Shown: positions 37,795 through 47,635 of the stretch, piece by piece | Numbering within the stretch: the first letter of the stretch is position 1 | Layout of the letters: each line of letters opens with the position of its first letter | Assembly: GCA_050942955.1 (NCBI GenBank) | Contig: JBMNOG010000005.1 | Coordinates: forward strand, 307-64,306 | Reading direction: 5' to 3' | DNA length: 64,000 nt | Source of the DNA: Patescibacteria group bacterium | GTDB lineage: Bacteria; Patescibacteriota; Microgenomatia; UBA1400; UBA1449 | Position numbers and translations under genes: made by a program | Notes under the pieces: generated by a model | The model's input: only the letters and a program-made list of their open reading frames with translations | The model's database searches: none | Told to the model about the DNA's origin: nothing

Positions 37795-38952
37795 TTAGGA
37801 GAGTTTCAGAGTCTGATATATTTTCTTCAGGTTGCTCACTTGTATCTTGAAAGAATAGAAAGTCTCTGAATGTTTTTTAGCTGCTCTGCCCAGTTTCTGG
37901 ACAAATGTATTGTCATCAACTAAGGCAATGATGGCTTTTGCAAGAGCCGGGACATCTTTGTTCTTCACTACTATTCCAGTTTTATTATGAACAACTGTTT
38001 CAGGATACTGTTTATCTCCAAAGCAAACTGTAGGGATGCTAAAGCTACCTGCTTCTATATTAACCATTTCTAAGGCACTGAAGATAATGTTGGGATTAAC
38101 TAAGATGTCAATTTGAGAGAGAAAGTCCCAGCGCTGCATTGTTCCCGGGAATTTTACTAAACCTTTTAGGTTATGAGTTTTTACAAATTCTTCCAGTAAA
38201 CTTCTTTCAGGTCCATCTCCGGCGATCAAAACTCTTGCTTTTGCCTGTCTTAGTTCTTTTTGTACTAGGTCTACTGCCCTTAGCAAGTATATGGGCCCCT
38301 TATCGGGGTAGAGGCGGCCAAGAAATCCAATGGTTATGTTCTTTCTTATAGTCTTAACTAGTTTTGAAGGTTTAACTCCAGGATTGTAGAAAGCCACTAA
38401 TTTGCCAGGAAATTTCTTTGATAAAACTAAAGCATAAGTTTTGGAGTTAGCTGCAACGAGATCGGCATTATTAAAGGAGAAACTGGAGATAGTATTGAAA
38501 ACAAATTTTTTGAGAAAAACAGGAATGAATTTAAAACGATTCTTCAAAATTTCATCATACGTGGTTCTAAACTCCACAATAACAGGGATGGAAAACAACT
38601 TACCTAGAGCTGCTGCTACTGGACCACTAATATGGGGAGACTCGGCGTGAATAATGCTGACTTTGTGTGTTCTCAAAAAAAAGTAGCCTTTTACAAAAAG
38701 TAAAATACCGGCAAAGTAGTACCACAAAGAATGGTCAAAGCCGTTGATATGCACAAGATGGACTTTGTTTTCAAGTTTAGTTTTAGTAGGATTTTTTGTG
38801 GAAGTATTGTAAAAGCTCTTGCCTGATCGTCCTAAAGCATATACGCATTTAACTGCCTTTTGGGCTGCAATAACTCTAAGCTCTCCCGGAGATAGGGTTT
38901 TGCTATGGTAAGAAGGTGGGAGGATAGATTCAAAAAGAAAAAGAACGTTCAT
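37795..38952 (-). CDS. GT4-family (GT-B) glycosyltransferase
   Basis: C-terminal half ARVLIAGDGPERSLLEEF...NIEAGSFSIPTVCFGD fits the GT4 nucleotide-sugar-binding domain. Confidence 0.7.
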   Translation of the reverse strand: MNVLFLFESILPPSYHSKTLSPGELRVIAAQKAVKCVYALGRSGKSFYNTSTKNPTKTKLENKVHLVHINGFDHSLWYYFAGILLFVKGYFFLRTHKVSIIHAESPHISGPVAAALGKLFSIPVIVEFRTTYDEILKNRFKFIPVFLKKFVFNTISSFSFNNADLVAANSKTYALVLSKKFPGKLVAFYNPGVKPSKLVKTIRKNITIGFLGRLYPDKGPIYLLRAVDLVQKELRQAKARVLIAGDGPERSLLEEFVKTHNLKGLVKFPGTMQRWDFLSQIDILVNPNIIFSALEMVNIEAGSFSIPTVCFGDKQYPETVVHNKTGIVVKNKDVPALAKAIIALVDDNTFVQKLGRAAKKHSETFYSFKIQVSNLKKIYQTLKLS

Positions 38953-39022
38953 ATACTACTTTATGGCCTTGTTGACCAGTTTCTTTTGCAAGAAATAGTT
39001 ATCTGAGTTTAGTCCGGGATTT

Positions 39023-39808
39023 TTAATGCATACCATAAAAAAAAAGTTCACCTAAGCATGAGGGAAGAGGAAAACCTAAGAGTGAAAGAATTTGCGAAGG
39101 GTATTTTATAAGTATGTTTTGAACTGAATTTGGGATATGGGGAAAATACGGAGGATCCATAAGGCCATTGTAAAATGTCTTCATAGGAATAAAGCCTGCC
39201 TTTTTGACCATCAATCCCCACTCAAGTGGACTGTAGAAAGAAATGTGAGTAGGATCAGAAAAGCCAAACCATTTATCCCATTTCAATTGCAGGCCAAAAC
39301 TAGAGGGATTAGGAGCAGAGAAGACAAATATACCATCTGGTTTAAGGATTCTATAAATAGAATCTAATGTAGTGGGTTTAACTAGAACATGCTCCAGAAC
39401 ATCGAAACAAGTGATTACATCATATTTTTTAGCGGGGAGACTATCTAGATCGTATATCGATTTTATCTGAAAGTGTGCTTTTGGAGCTCTTCTTTTTGCC
39501 TCATTTAATCCGTTTTGTGATATATCAATTCCTGTACAATTAAAGTAATGTTGGGCGTGCTGCAAAAACAGACCATTGCCACAACCTATGTCGAGCAAAG
39601 AAGATTTTGACCGCTTCTGCTTCTTCAGGAAAGAAAATACTGGCTCTTTTCTGTCAATGTACTTAATAAATAGTTGTTGAAGGAAAGGTCTTTTACGATA
39701 CCTATTAAAGTAGTTTTTGTCGTATACTTCCTTTAGAAAGTTACTACTATTTTTCATAGAATTGTGATCAAACCTAGCGTTGCAGTTTTGATTCTTAATT
39801 ATAAACAA
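39023..39808 (-). CDS. Class I SAM-dependent methyltransferase (likely true start at the internal Met, ~39757)
   Basis: SAM motif I LLDIGCGNGLF. The acidic motif II CFDVLEHV. The annotated 5' end overlaps the divergent GT2 gene by 45 nt. Confidence 0.7.
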   Translation of the reverse strand: MFIIKNQNCNARFDHNSMKNSSNFLKEVYDKNYFNRYRKRPFLQQLFIKYIDRKEPVFSFLKKQKRSKSSLLDIGCGNGLFLQHAQHYFNCTGIDISQNGLNEAKRRAPKAHFQIKSIYDLDSLPAKKYDVITCFDVLEHVLVKPTTLDSIYRILKPDGIFVFSAPNPSSFGLQLKWDKWFGFSDPTHISFYSPLEWGLMVKKAGFIPMKTFYNGLMDPPYFPHIPNSVQNILIKYPSQILSLLGFPLPSCLGELFFYGMH

Positions 39809-40681
39809 CCTAACCTAACTTTACAGTGTCTTAAGAGTCTTTCCAAGCTTTCTTACTCTAATTACCATATTTATCTTTTGGACAATGAAAGTGATGGAAA
39901 CCTTGAAAAACGGCTTTCTCAAAACTGTAAACTCAAGTATTTTAAACGAAAAGATAATCTTGGGTTTACTAAAGGAAATAATTTTCTTATTAAGAAAGCC
40001 TTGAAAGATAAAGCTGAATATCTATTACTTTTAAATAATGACACAGAAATTAAACCTGGCCTTATTGAGGCGATGCTTGGTGAATATAAAGATGAAACAG
40101 CAGGTTTGGTAGGTTCGGTAATAACTTACTTTAATAAGTCAAATATAGTCTGGTTTGCAGGGGGGAGTTTGCATCCTCTTTTTTTCTATACCCGCCACCC
40201 AGGGATGAATAAAGTTTTTTCGAGTACGAGAAAACTTGGAAAGATAGACTGGATAACAGGCTGCTGTTTGATGATTAAAAGGAGTGTGATTGAGAAAATA
40301 GGACTGCTTGATGATGATTACGGTTCATATTGGGAGGATGTCGACTGGTGCTACAGAGTAAAACAGGCAGGCTATGGACTGAGAGTTGTTAATAAACCCT
40401 TAGTGCTTCATAAAGTCTCCTCAAGTTTTGGGAAACAAGGTACAAACACGCTAACTTCTCAAAGAGCTTATTTTTACGGCTGCAACCCAATGCTCTTTAT
40501 CCGAAAACATGTCAAAGGGTGGCGAAAGTATGTTGGGGTTTTAGGTCAGTTACTTTTGCAGTTGCCGTACTATATGTTTGTCATGGCCTTATCACGCCAA
40601 TTTTCTGCCATTATAGAATACCTGAGAGGAATAGTTGACGGTTTAGTAAAGGGAATTTCAAATCATAATAACAACTTCTAG
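39764..40681 (+). CDS. GT2-family glycosyltransferase
   Basis: VAVLILNYKQPNLTLQCLKSL...YLLDNESDG is the GT2 (GT-A) N-terminal fold with a DxD-like motif. Confidence 0.75.
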   Translation: MIKPSVAVLILNYKQPNLTLQCLKSLSKLSYSNYHIYLLDNESDGNLEKRLSQNCKLKYFKRKDNLGFTKGNNFLIKKALKDKAEYLLLLNNDTEIKPGLIEAMLGEYKDETAGLVGSVITYFNKSNIVWFAGGSLHPLFFYTRHPGMNKVFSSTRKLGKIDWITGCCLMIKRSVIEKIGLLDDDYGSYWEDVDWCYRVKQAGYGLRVVNKPLVLHKVSSSFGKQGTNTLTSQRAYFYGCNPMLFIRKHVKGWRKYVGVLGQLLLQLPYYMFVMALSRQFSAIIEYLRGIVDGLVKGISNHNNNF

Positions 40682-40696
40682 CCTGTTCTTTAGTGT

Positions 40697-41572
40697 CTAC
40701 CTGTTTACCATTTTCCACACATAAGGGTTTCTTCCGAAAATATGAAAATCAATCCAGCCTAACATCCTGCCGTAGCCTTCAAGAGCTAAAAGTTTAAGCA
40801 GAGGAAGAAGGTCAGTCGGGTGATTTAGAAGATACTCCAGTATTGCTTTCAAACTGTTTTCAACCCCCATAGTAGATACCCTATAGTTATACTTAGCACT
40901 AATCCACTGATGTCCGGCATAAACTCTCCTGCGTTGTGTTAGGAATTCTTCAGTAGAAAGTGGAGCTTTATTGTAAACAATGGCTCTGGGAGCATAAACG
41001 ACCTTATACCCTACAAGCTTGAGAAGAACTTCCAAAGTGGCTTCATCAACCGCCGATTGTTCAGGAATGGAGTGAATAACGTTTCGGAAAGCGACCATCT
41101 CTCCGCACTTGGGATGTTTAAGTGAGACGTAATGATGCAACTCCCAGAGAAGTTTTACTTCTTTTCCAATACTGCTAAGATGAGAGTTTGAAGGAATAGG
41201 ATGGGCTCCAACCATACCAACGTCTTCGTGAAGGAAAGGAAGAGTGATTTCTTCTACTGCATCACTTCGAAGTCTCAAATCAGCACTGACTGCCAGTAGG
41301 ACTGAAGAAGAAGCCTTACGGACAAAAAGGTTTATGGCGGCAGATTTTCCCTCTCTTCTAAGTTGGTCCAAAAGCTTAACCCGGCTATCTTTCTTGGCTA
41401 GCTTTCTGGCAATAGTATTTGTATGGTCATTACTACCTGAAGAAATTATGAGAATCTCTTTGATTCGGGCGATCTCTAGGTTTTGTTTAAAGATAGAATT
41501 AACTGTTTTTTCAAGATTTTTTTCCTCGTTGTATGCAAAGATACCAATACTGACATTAATTTTTTTTGCCAT
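40697..41572 (-). CDS. GT2-family glycosyltransferase (start taken at Met-29 of the listed ORF, MAKKINVSIGIFAYNEE)
   Basis: VSIGIFAYNEEKNLEKTVNSIFKQ is a GT2 signature. The listed ORF's first 28 aa would overlap the upstream gene. Confidence 0.65.
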   Translation of the reverse strand: MAKKINVSIGIFAYNEEKNLEKTVNSIFKQNLEIARIKEILIISSGSNDHTNTIARKLAKKDSRVKLLDQLRREGKSAAINLFVRKASSSVLLAVSADLRLRSDAVEEITLPFLHEDVGMVGAHPIPSNSHLSSIGKEVKLLWELHHYVSLKHPKCGEMVAFRNVIHSIPEQSAVDEATLEVLLKLVGYKVVYAPRAIVYNKAPLSTEEFLTQRRRVYAGHQWISAKYNYRVSTMGVENSLKAILEYLLNHPTDLLPLLKLLALEGYGRMLGWIDFHIFGRNPYVWKMVNR

Positions 41573-43082
41573 ATGGATCGGAGTTCTGGGGATTAACATT
41601 AGCAGAGGCTGTGGTTTCAACTTTATACAGTTCCAGCCATTTTCCATTACTTTCAAACCGGTTTAACGGTTGTACTTGAAAGTAGTCAAGCAACTGCCGG
41701 CAATATCTTTGCCCGGGTGAGTATGGGTGTAGGTAGAGAATTTGTGTTTGCGAAGGGTGGTACTCAAAGTTTCTGCAGTAGTCAAAGTTGAAAACTTTCT
41801 GAGTGTAGCCTTGGTAAGGCTGGGTTAGTTGGTAGACTTCAGGAAAGTCTCCATATACTTCTGCGTTCTCAAAGTTTACCTGTAAGTAATGAGCTGCTTG
41901 AAGACCAATCGTAATGATATCCTGGTACGCTAGGTTTTCAGGGGGTCTAAAGTCATAAATGGCGGTTGGTTCGACCTTAGGGTGCCACAAGGAGAGAAAG
42001 ATAATGCAAGGAATAATTATTATCACCCAGAACACTTTTTGTGAAACAATTTTATAGACCAAATATACTGTTGTTATTGCAATAGGGGGTAGAAGAAAAA
42101 TACCATATCTTAGTCCGAATTCTCCCATGAGAGCATAAAAACTGATACCTGCTAATAAAGAGACGAGTAAGGCAGTAACTTTTGGGGTAATAGTCTCCTT
42201 AAGCATTTTACGTGATAAGAGAATAGCTAAGCTCAGTGCAGCGATTACTGTTAAAGACCAGCGGCCCTGGTCCCACAGCAAAGTTTTTACAACAAACGCA
42301 AATGATTGAGTTACTTGGGAAAAAGTGTGAGGCATGTAGTTTAGTCTGCCAGGCCTACTAAGATACCATCCGGTTTGCTGATAATGATAGAAAAGCCAGG
42401 AGAGTAAAGTTATAAGCGGTAATAGTAGAGGCAGGAAACTACTTCTTTGGATATTCTTTCTCTTAAAAAGGTAAACTGTAAACGCCAGGAGGAGAGTTAT
42501 AGCTGGCAGTTTTACCAAAACTGCTAATGAAAGCATGAGACTGGCTACTAAAATATTCTCGGAAAATAGCAATGCTATAGATGCTGTTGTTAACGCTGCC
42601 ATAGGCAGGTCAATATAAACAACCCCATACTCTGCAACTACGATGGGGGCTAGACCTACTAAAAAAGCACTTACAGCTCCGATAGTCAGGTTTAAGATTT
42701 TTTTACCAATAAAGTAAGTGCTTATCATTAAAAGAGGTAAGAAGGGAAACATTAGCAAATGAGAATTAAGGATTGTGTTCCCCAAAATTTTCCAGGTAAA
42801 ACCTAGTAGTATCATGAAAAGGGGTGGATGGGCAAAATCAGACCCAGTAGGAATGAGGGGGGAGAAGTTCGAATCTACAAGGTTTCTGGTAGTATTAATG
42901 ATAAAACCGGCACTATCCCAATGGTAGGGTAGATTTTTTGTGGTCCACCAAATTACAAAACTGTACAGGATTATCAGGCTTATGATAAGCACATCTACAT
43001 ACTTAATCTTCAAAAAGGTGGATTCAGTTTGAGGTTGAAGTTTGTTTAAAGATTTCTTGCGTTTCTTCTTTCCCATGCCCAT
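41556..43082 (-). CDS. PMT-like GT-C membrane glycosyltransferase (uncharacterised)
   Basis: 508 aa, multi-TM. The loop motif WDSAGFI...SDFAHPPLFMILLG echoes the D/E...HPPL motif of PMT-type enzymes. Confidence 0.45.
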   Translation of the reverse strand: MGMGKKKRKKSLNKLQPQTESTFLKIKYVDVLIISLIILYSFVIWWTTKNLPYHWDSAGFIINTTRNLVDSNFSPLIPTGSDFAHPPLFMILLGFTWKILGNTILNSHLLMFPFLPLLMISTYFIGKKILNLTIGAVSAFLVGLAPIVVAEYGVVYIDLPMAALTTASIALLFSENILVASLMLSLAVLVKLPAITLLLAFTVYLFKRKNIQRSSFLPLLLPLITLLSWLFYHYQQTGWYLSRPGRLNYMPHTFSQVTQSFAFVVKTLLWDQGRWSLTVIAALSLAILLSRKMLKETITPKVTALLVSLLAGISFYALMGEFGLRYGIFLLPPIAITTVYLVYKIVSQKVFWVIIIIPCIIFLSLWHPKVEPTAIYDFRPPENLAYQDIITIGLQAAHYLQVNFENAEVYGDFPEVYQLTQPYQGYTQKVFNFDYCRNFEYHPSQTQILYLHPYSPGQRYCRQLLDYFQVQPLNRFESNGKWLELYKVETTASANVNPQNSDPYGKKN

Positions 43083-43129
43083 ACTCTATCAAAAAGTAAT
43101 CTAGCTAGCCAGAGGGGAATAAGCAAAAC

Positions 43130-43744
43130 TTAACGACACTCAAGAGCTTCGTGAAGCATAACTAAGTGGTCTTCAACAAAGATGAGCATCTGTTGGCGAT
43201 TAGTACTTTCAGCCAAAACTGCTGCCAGTTGATAATCACCGATAACATCATCTACCCATTTGGCGATATCATTTGGTTCTCTTTCCAAATGGAACTCAAC
43301 AGTTTCATCATCAACTTTTTCCAGAATGTCTTTGAGTTCTTCCAGGCTTGCTACTTTCTTGCCGTCAACAAAGTGGAAAGGTAGGTCTACTTTATTTAAC
43401 CAACGCTGGGCAACGTAGTAGGGCAAGTTAACAGTTCTCATCATTTGTCTCTCCAGAGCAACAATAAGTCCCCATCGGTAAGTAGTTTTTCTTAGTTCAT
43501 TGGCTAAGTCTTTATCACCAACAACATTTTCTACCCAGTTAGCAATATCATTTCTGCCCTCATGAACGTGTTCGGCAATAATATCTTCACGGACAACGCG
43601 TAAAGCTTGCTTGAGTTCCCAGAGGTTATTGATAACCACGCCATTGTTGAATTTGAATGCGGCGCTACTTGGAGTCACACGAGCCTGCCATTTAGCGGCC
43701 AGATAACGGTTAGCTGAAGTGTAAAACATGTCGACACAATTCAA
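43130..43744 (-). CDS. Hypothetical protein built from two tandem homologous ~70-aa domains
   Basis: Internal duplication: FKFNNGVVINNLWELKQAL...NDIANWVENVVGDKDLANEL versus FHFVDGKKVASLEELKDIL...NDIAKWVDDVIGDYQLAAVL. Confidence 0.45.
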   Translation of the reverse strand: MNCVDMFYTSANRYLAAKWQARVTPSSAAFKFNNGVVINNLWELKQALRVVREDIIAEHVHEGRNDIANWVENVVGDKDLANELRKTTYRWGLIVALERQMMRTVNLPYYVAQRWLNKVDLPFHFVDGKKVASLEELKDILEKVDDETVEFHLEREPNDIAKWVDDVIGDYQLAAVLAESTNRQQMLIFVEDHLVMLHEALECR

Positions 43745-43879
43745 AACAGGATTCTGCTTTGAATCTGGGCAAGAATTCTAATTACTACTATCTTACTATC
43801 TATATTGAACGTATTTACTAGCTTTGTAAAGGGGTGGTTTTGAGGTAGCTGGCAGTAAGGATAAAGAATATGTCAGTAG

Positions 43880-45190
43880 TTATTTCCTCCAAAGTTCTGC
43901 TTTCCCTGGGGGTAGTGAAGATGAAGAGGTTAGTTTGTGAACTAATCCTGTTTGTGAAGGGAAAATAAACTCTAAAGATTGGTCTTTTTTTGAGAAGTTT
44001 AAAGCAATGCGGTATCTATCATTGCTGAAAGTTAGAATGTTATTGCAGACAGCAATTTTCTCCAATTTTGATACATTGCGATCTATTTGTTTGTGCAAAT
44101 TAAAAAGTTTCCGTATTGTAGTGGGCACAACGTTTTTTATTTCAAGATACTTACTATCTAAAGGTTCAAACCAATGGTGGGCTAAACGATGAACTAATCC
44201 TTGGAATGTGCCGTTGTAAATAAAAGGGATATCAGGAATAAATAAGATCAGAGCAAGCAGAGCTTCAAGGTACTGATGGCTTAGTTTATGTAGAGAGGGG
44301 GTTGTTGTTTTGTTGTCAAAAGGAGGATCATCATGATTAAAAAAGTAGTTAACTTTTAACCCTGGTTGGTTTTCATGTAAGCTTTCAAGGTATGCTTTTA
44401 GGAATTCTATTGGTTGGTTTTCAAAAACAACTTTTTTTGTGTTTTCAAATAAGCCATTATTGTAGATGGCATCAAAGCCAGCAGAATAGAGGTTATGAAT
44501 ATTCTGATAGTCAAATAAAGAAACAGGATAGGCTTCAGCGATAAATGCAAAATCAGGATTATGGTTTTTTACAGTTTCTATTGCTTTCTTCCAGAAAAAA
44601 TCAGGGACCAAGTGGGCCATATCGCAGCGGACTCCATCAACTCCCAGTTTAGCTATCCAGAGTAAAACCTTAACCATCTCATCTTGGAGGTTGGGATTCT
44701 CATAGTTGAGCTTAAGCACATCACCGCTGAACTCGGCGGTTAGTCGATCATTATTTTTTACATAGTAGTCCGGGTGATTTTTAACCCAGGGATGAACGAT
44801 AGATGTATGGTTGGGGACAAAATCAACGATTGCAAAACCTCCTAGTTCATGAAGATGCTCAACCAATGCAATAAACTCTTCTTGAGTGCCTAAGTTCTGA
44901 TTTAGCTGCTTGTGATTAGATATAGCAAAAATTGAAGGAACTCTTGGATATTGGGAGGGGGGTAAACTTTTCCCGTTTTCCTCCATAACAATGATCGGTC
45001 CGGAGTTATCAAAAATGCCTAAAAAGTAGAAGGTGTTAAGACCAAGATCAAGAAGTTTACTCCAGTCTCTTTTGGAAAGTTCATTGAAAGTGTCATTATA
45101 AATAATCTTATTAGCGGATATTTTGGCTTCCCATCTTCCGGTAAATATCTGATAAATAACCGCTTTTTTAAGCCAGGCAGGAGGAGTCAT
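43880..45190 (-). CDS. GH13-family alpha-amylase/alpha-glucanotransferase
   Basis: FAIVDFVPNHTS (region I), GVDGVRCDMAHLV (region II, nucleophile Asp), FAFIAEAY (region III, acid/base Glu) and FFNHDDP (region IV). Confidence 0.75.
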   Translation of the reverse strand: MTPPAWLKKAVIYQIFTGRWEAKISANKIIYNDTFNELSKRDWSKLLDLGLNTFYFLGIFDNSGPIIVMEENGKSLPPSQYPRVPSIFAISNHKQLNQNLGTQEEFIALVEHLHELGGFAIVDFVPNHTSIVHPWVKNHPDYYVKNNDRLTAEFSGDVLKLNYENPNLQDEMVKVLLWIAKLGVDGVRCDMAHLVPDFFWKKAIETVKNHNPDFAFIAEAYPVSLFDYQNIHNLYSAGFDAIYNNGLFENTKKVVFENQPIEFLKAYLESLHENQPGLKVNYFFNHDDPPFDNKTTTPSLHKLSHQYLEALLALILFIPDIPFIYNGTFQGLVHRLAHHWFEPLDSKYLEIKNVVPTTIRKLFNLHKQIDRNVSKLEKIAVCNNILTFSNDRYRIALNFSKKDQSLEFIFPSQTGLVHKLTSSSSLPPGKAELWRK

Positions 45191-45260
45191 ACAAAAAAAT
45201 AAAGTTTAAATTGACTATAACAGCTTTCCCCTATATTATGCAAAGTATACATTAATATCC

Positions 45261-47630
45261 TTGCTTGAACGTATGAAAAAAAACACAAAACCTACTTCAA
45301 AAGTCAGAAAGTCTACTAAAACTCGCCAGTCTTCCAATAAAAACAAAGTAAAATCTGCATCAAAGTCTTTAGTAAAAGCTGTAGTTACTAAGAAAACCAC
45401 TTCTAAACCCTCACTTATTAAGAGTAGTAAAACAGAAAAGCTGTTAAATTGTTACATTCCAAAAGTAGCTTGGTACGGTGCTTTAGTCTTAGGATTTGTT
45501 TTTTTTCTACTTTATCTTTTTACAGCTCCTAAAACAAACGTTGCTTACACTGATTCTGATCTCTTCCTAACAGTTGCCTATAAACTAGGACTTGCAGAAC
45601 CACCGGGTGTACCTTTATATATGGTGCTGCTTCATTTTTTTCTTAATCTCCCCATCCCGGGATCAATCGCTTTCAGGGGTCATTTTCTAAGCACCCTTCT
45701 GCATACAGGCTCTTTAGTTATTGTGTTTGTATCAGTATGGAGGTTAATTCAGTTTCTTCAAAACAACAACAATGCAAAACTAATAATAGTTTCAAAGCAA
45801 GTTGATAGGTGGTTAGTTAGTGGTATAGCTACAGCTTCCCTAGGATCTTCATACCTGTTTTGGCAGTACGGAATTGTAGCTGAAAAATATGCCTTTATTG
45901 ATCTTTTAGTTGCTGCTGTGATTGGTATTGGAGTTTATGTGGCTACTACTGCTAAATCAAAAACAAATCTTTCTTACTGGTATGCCCTTGCCGGTTTAAT
46001 TGGGATCTTAGTTATTCATCATCCAATCTCTTTTGTTTTACTGCCTTTTGTCGCAATTTTAGTTTGGTTGAAAAAAGATATCTTTTCGAGAAAACAATAT
46101 ATGGGAATGGTGTTATCACTGTTAGTTTCTATAAGTATTAGCATAGGTGTTTTACTTGGATTAAATGCCTTAGAAAGAGAAATTAACTGGAACTTTAAGC
46201 CAACTGTTAAAGAAACAATAGACTATGTGTTTACCCAGGGTTTTAGTCGTAGTATTGCTGAAAACTTTGAAGAATACTCAGCCTTTGCTCAGATTAGCAG
46301 TGGCTCAGTTTTTAAGTCCTTAATGCAGTTTGGTAAAGTGTTTGTACAGCACTTTGGTTTGGGATCAGTCGCGCTTTTAGTGGTAGGAATTGCCTTTTTA
46401 TACTCCTCTTCAAAAAAAATGAGTTTAGTAATTCTAAGCGGCTGGACAACCGTAGGGCTGTTACTACCAGTGTTTCTGAAATGGCCAGAGAGCATGAGTT
46501 TTCAGGCTTTACGGGTACGTGACTACCTTATGGGGTACATGTTTACTCCTTTACTTGTAGGTTTGGGGGGTTGGATGGTGCTGGCGCGGTTTAATAAAGC
46601 TCTTAAAATACTTTTGCAAAACAACCGTGTTTCAACAGGGGTTACTCTTGTTGTTCCTGCGCTCATTTTAATCGTATCTATTGTAAATACTTTTAAACAC
46701 GTAAATTTACGTAACTTTACAGTATTTAGCCGTTTTCATGAATCGGTTCTTGAAAACCTTCCTCATGATGCGCTGATTGGATGTTTTACGGATACGACTT
46801 GCTCAGCTCTTTTGTATGAACAAGAGGTTAAAGGTGTAAGAAAAGATGTAATTATTGTTTCTCCTTCGCACCAGTTAATACAGAAAAAGCTTAACAGTAT
46901 TGATAACCTCAAAGGTTTTGATTACACGAATAATACCTGGTTGGTGCATGACTACTTGACTTGGAATATCGGTAAAAGGCCGGTGTATGTTATTGATCTA
47001 CCTAAAACCTATTACAACCTTCTCGGTTTAACCTACGGATTTACGTACTACATTCCAAATGGGTATGTAGGTGAATTGACTCGTGAAGTTCCAGAGGTAA
47101 CTCCATCTGTCAAGTATTCTTTTTCCGAAGAGATCGAAAACATGAATGTTCCCTCAAAAGACTTAATGCGGACTTGGCTTAAAACCTCATACGCACAGCT
47201 CCATTACTTTAATGCCGTCATGTATCTAAAAATGGATTACAGGAGCTTGGCGCGGTCAGAGTTGAATACTTTTTCTAACATTCTCCATCAAGTAGAAGCT
47301 ATTTCTAATAAAGAGATAGAAGATTCTCGGAGCTATGTTGAAGGTTCTCATCCATTAGTCAATTTTTCGCCTGGATCTGAAGTACAGCCTCTTAGCGAGA
47401 TTATGAACGGAGTTAACGCGTATTTAAATGATGGGAAACTACAGAGAGCATATACAGGTGCACTGGGGATTATTACAATTGATCCGCTCAATGAAGAAGG
47501 TCGGCTGAAACTGGCTGAGATTTATGAAAAAATGGGTAATACCCAAATGGCAAAAGTGGAGTATCAGCACGTGCTCAAGTATTACCCAAGTAACACTCAA
47601 GCTCAAACTAAACTTGCAGAGCTTAAATAG
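45261..47630 (+). CDS. DUF2723/TMEM260-like GT-C glycosyltransferase with C-terminal TPR repeats (paralog 1)
   Basis: Basic Ser/Lys-rich N-terminus. Multi-TM domain with YTDSDLFLTVAYKLGLAEPPGVPLYMVL. TPR repeats at the C-terminus. Confidence 0.55.
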   Translation: MLERMKKNTKPTSKVRKSTKTRQSSNKNKVKSASKSLVKAVVTKKTTSKPSLIKSSKTEKLLNCYIPKVAWYGALVLGFVFFLLYLFTAPKTNVAYTDSDLFLTVAYKLGLAEPPGVPLYMVLLHFFLNLPIPGSIAFRGHFLSTLLHTGSLVIVFVSVWRLIQFLQNNNNAKLIIVSKQVDRWLVSGIATASLGSSYLFWQYGIVAEKYAFIDLLVAAVIGIGVYVATTAKSKTNLSYWYALAGLIGILVIHHPISFVLLPFVAILVWLKKDIFSRKQYMGMVLSLLVSISISIGVLLGLNALEREINWNFKPTVKETIDYVFTQGFSRSIAENFEEYSAFAQISSGSVFKSLMQFGKVFVQHFGLGSVALLVVGIAFLYSSSKKMSLVILSGWTTVGLLLPVFLKWPESMSFQALRVRDYLMGYMFTPLLVGLGGWMVLARFNKALKILLQNNRVSTGVTLVVPALILIVSIVNTFKHVNLRNFTVFSRFHESVLENLPHDALIGCFTDTTCSALLYEQEVKGVRKDVIIVSPSHQLIQKKLNSIDNLKGFDYTNNTWLVHDYLTWNIGKRPVYVIDLPKTYYNLLGLTYGFTYYIPNGYVGELTREVPEVTPSVKYSFSEEIENMNVPSKDLMRTWLKTSYAQLHYFNAVMYLKMDYRSLARSELNTFSNILHQVEAISNKEIEDSRSYVEGSHPLVNFSPGSEVQPLSEIMNGVNAYLNDGKLQRAYTGALGIITIDPLNEEGRLKLAEIYEKMGNTQMAKVEYQHVLKYYPSNTQAQTKLAELK

Positions 47631-47635
47631 CTGCC

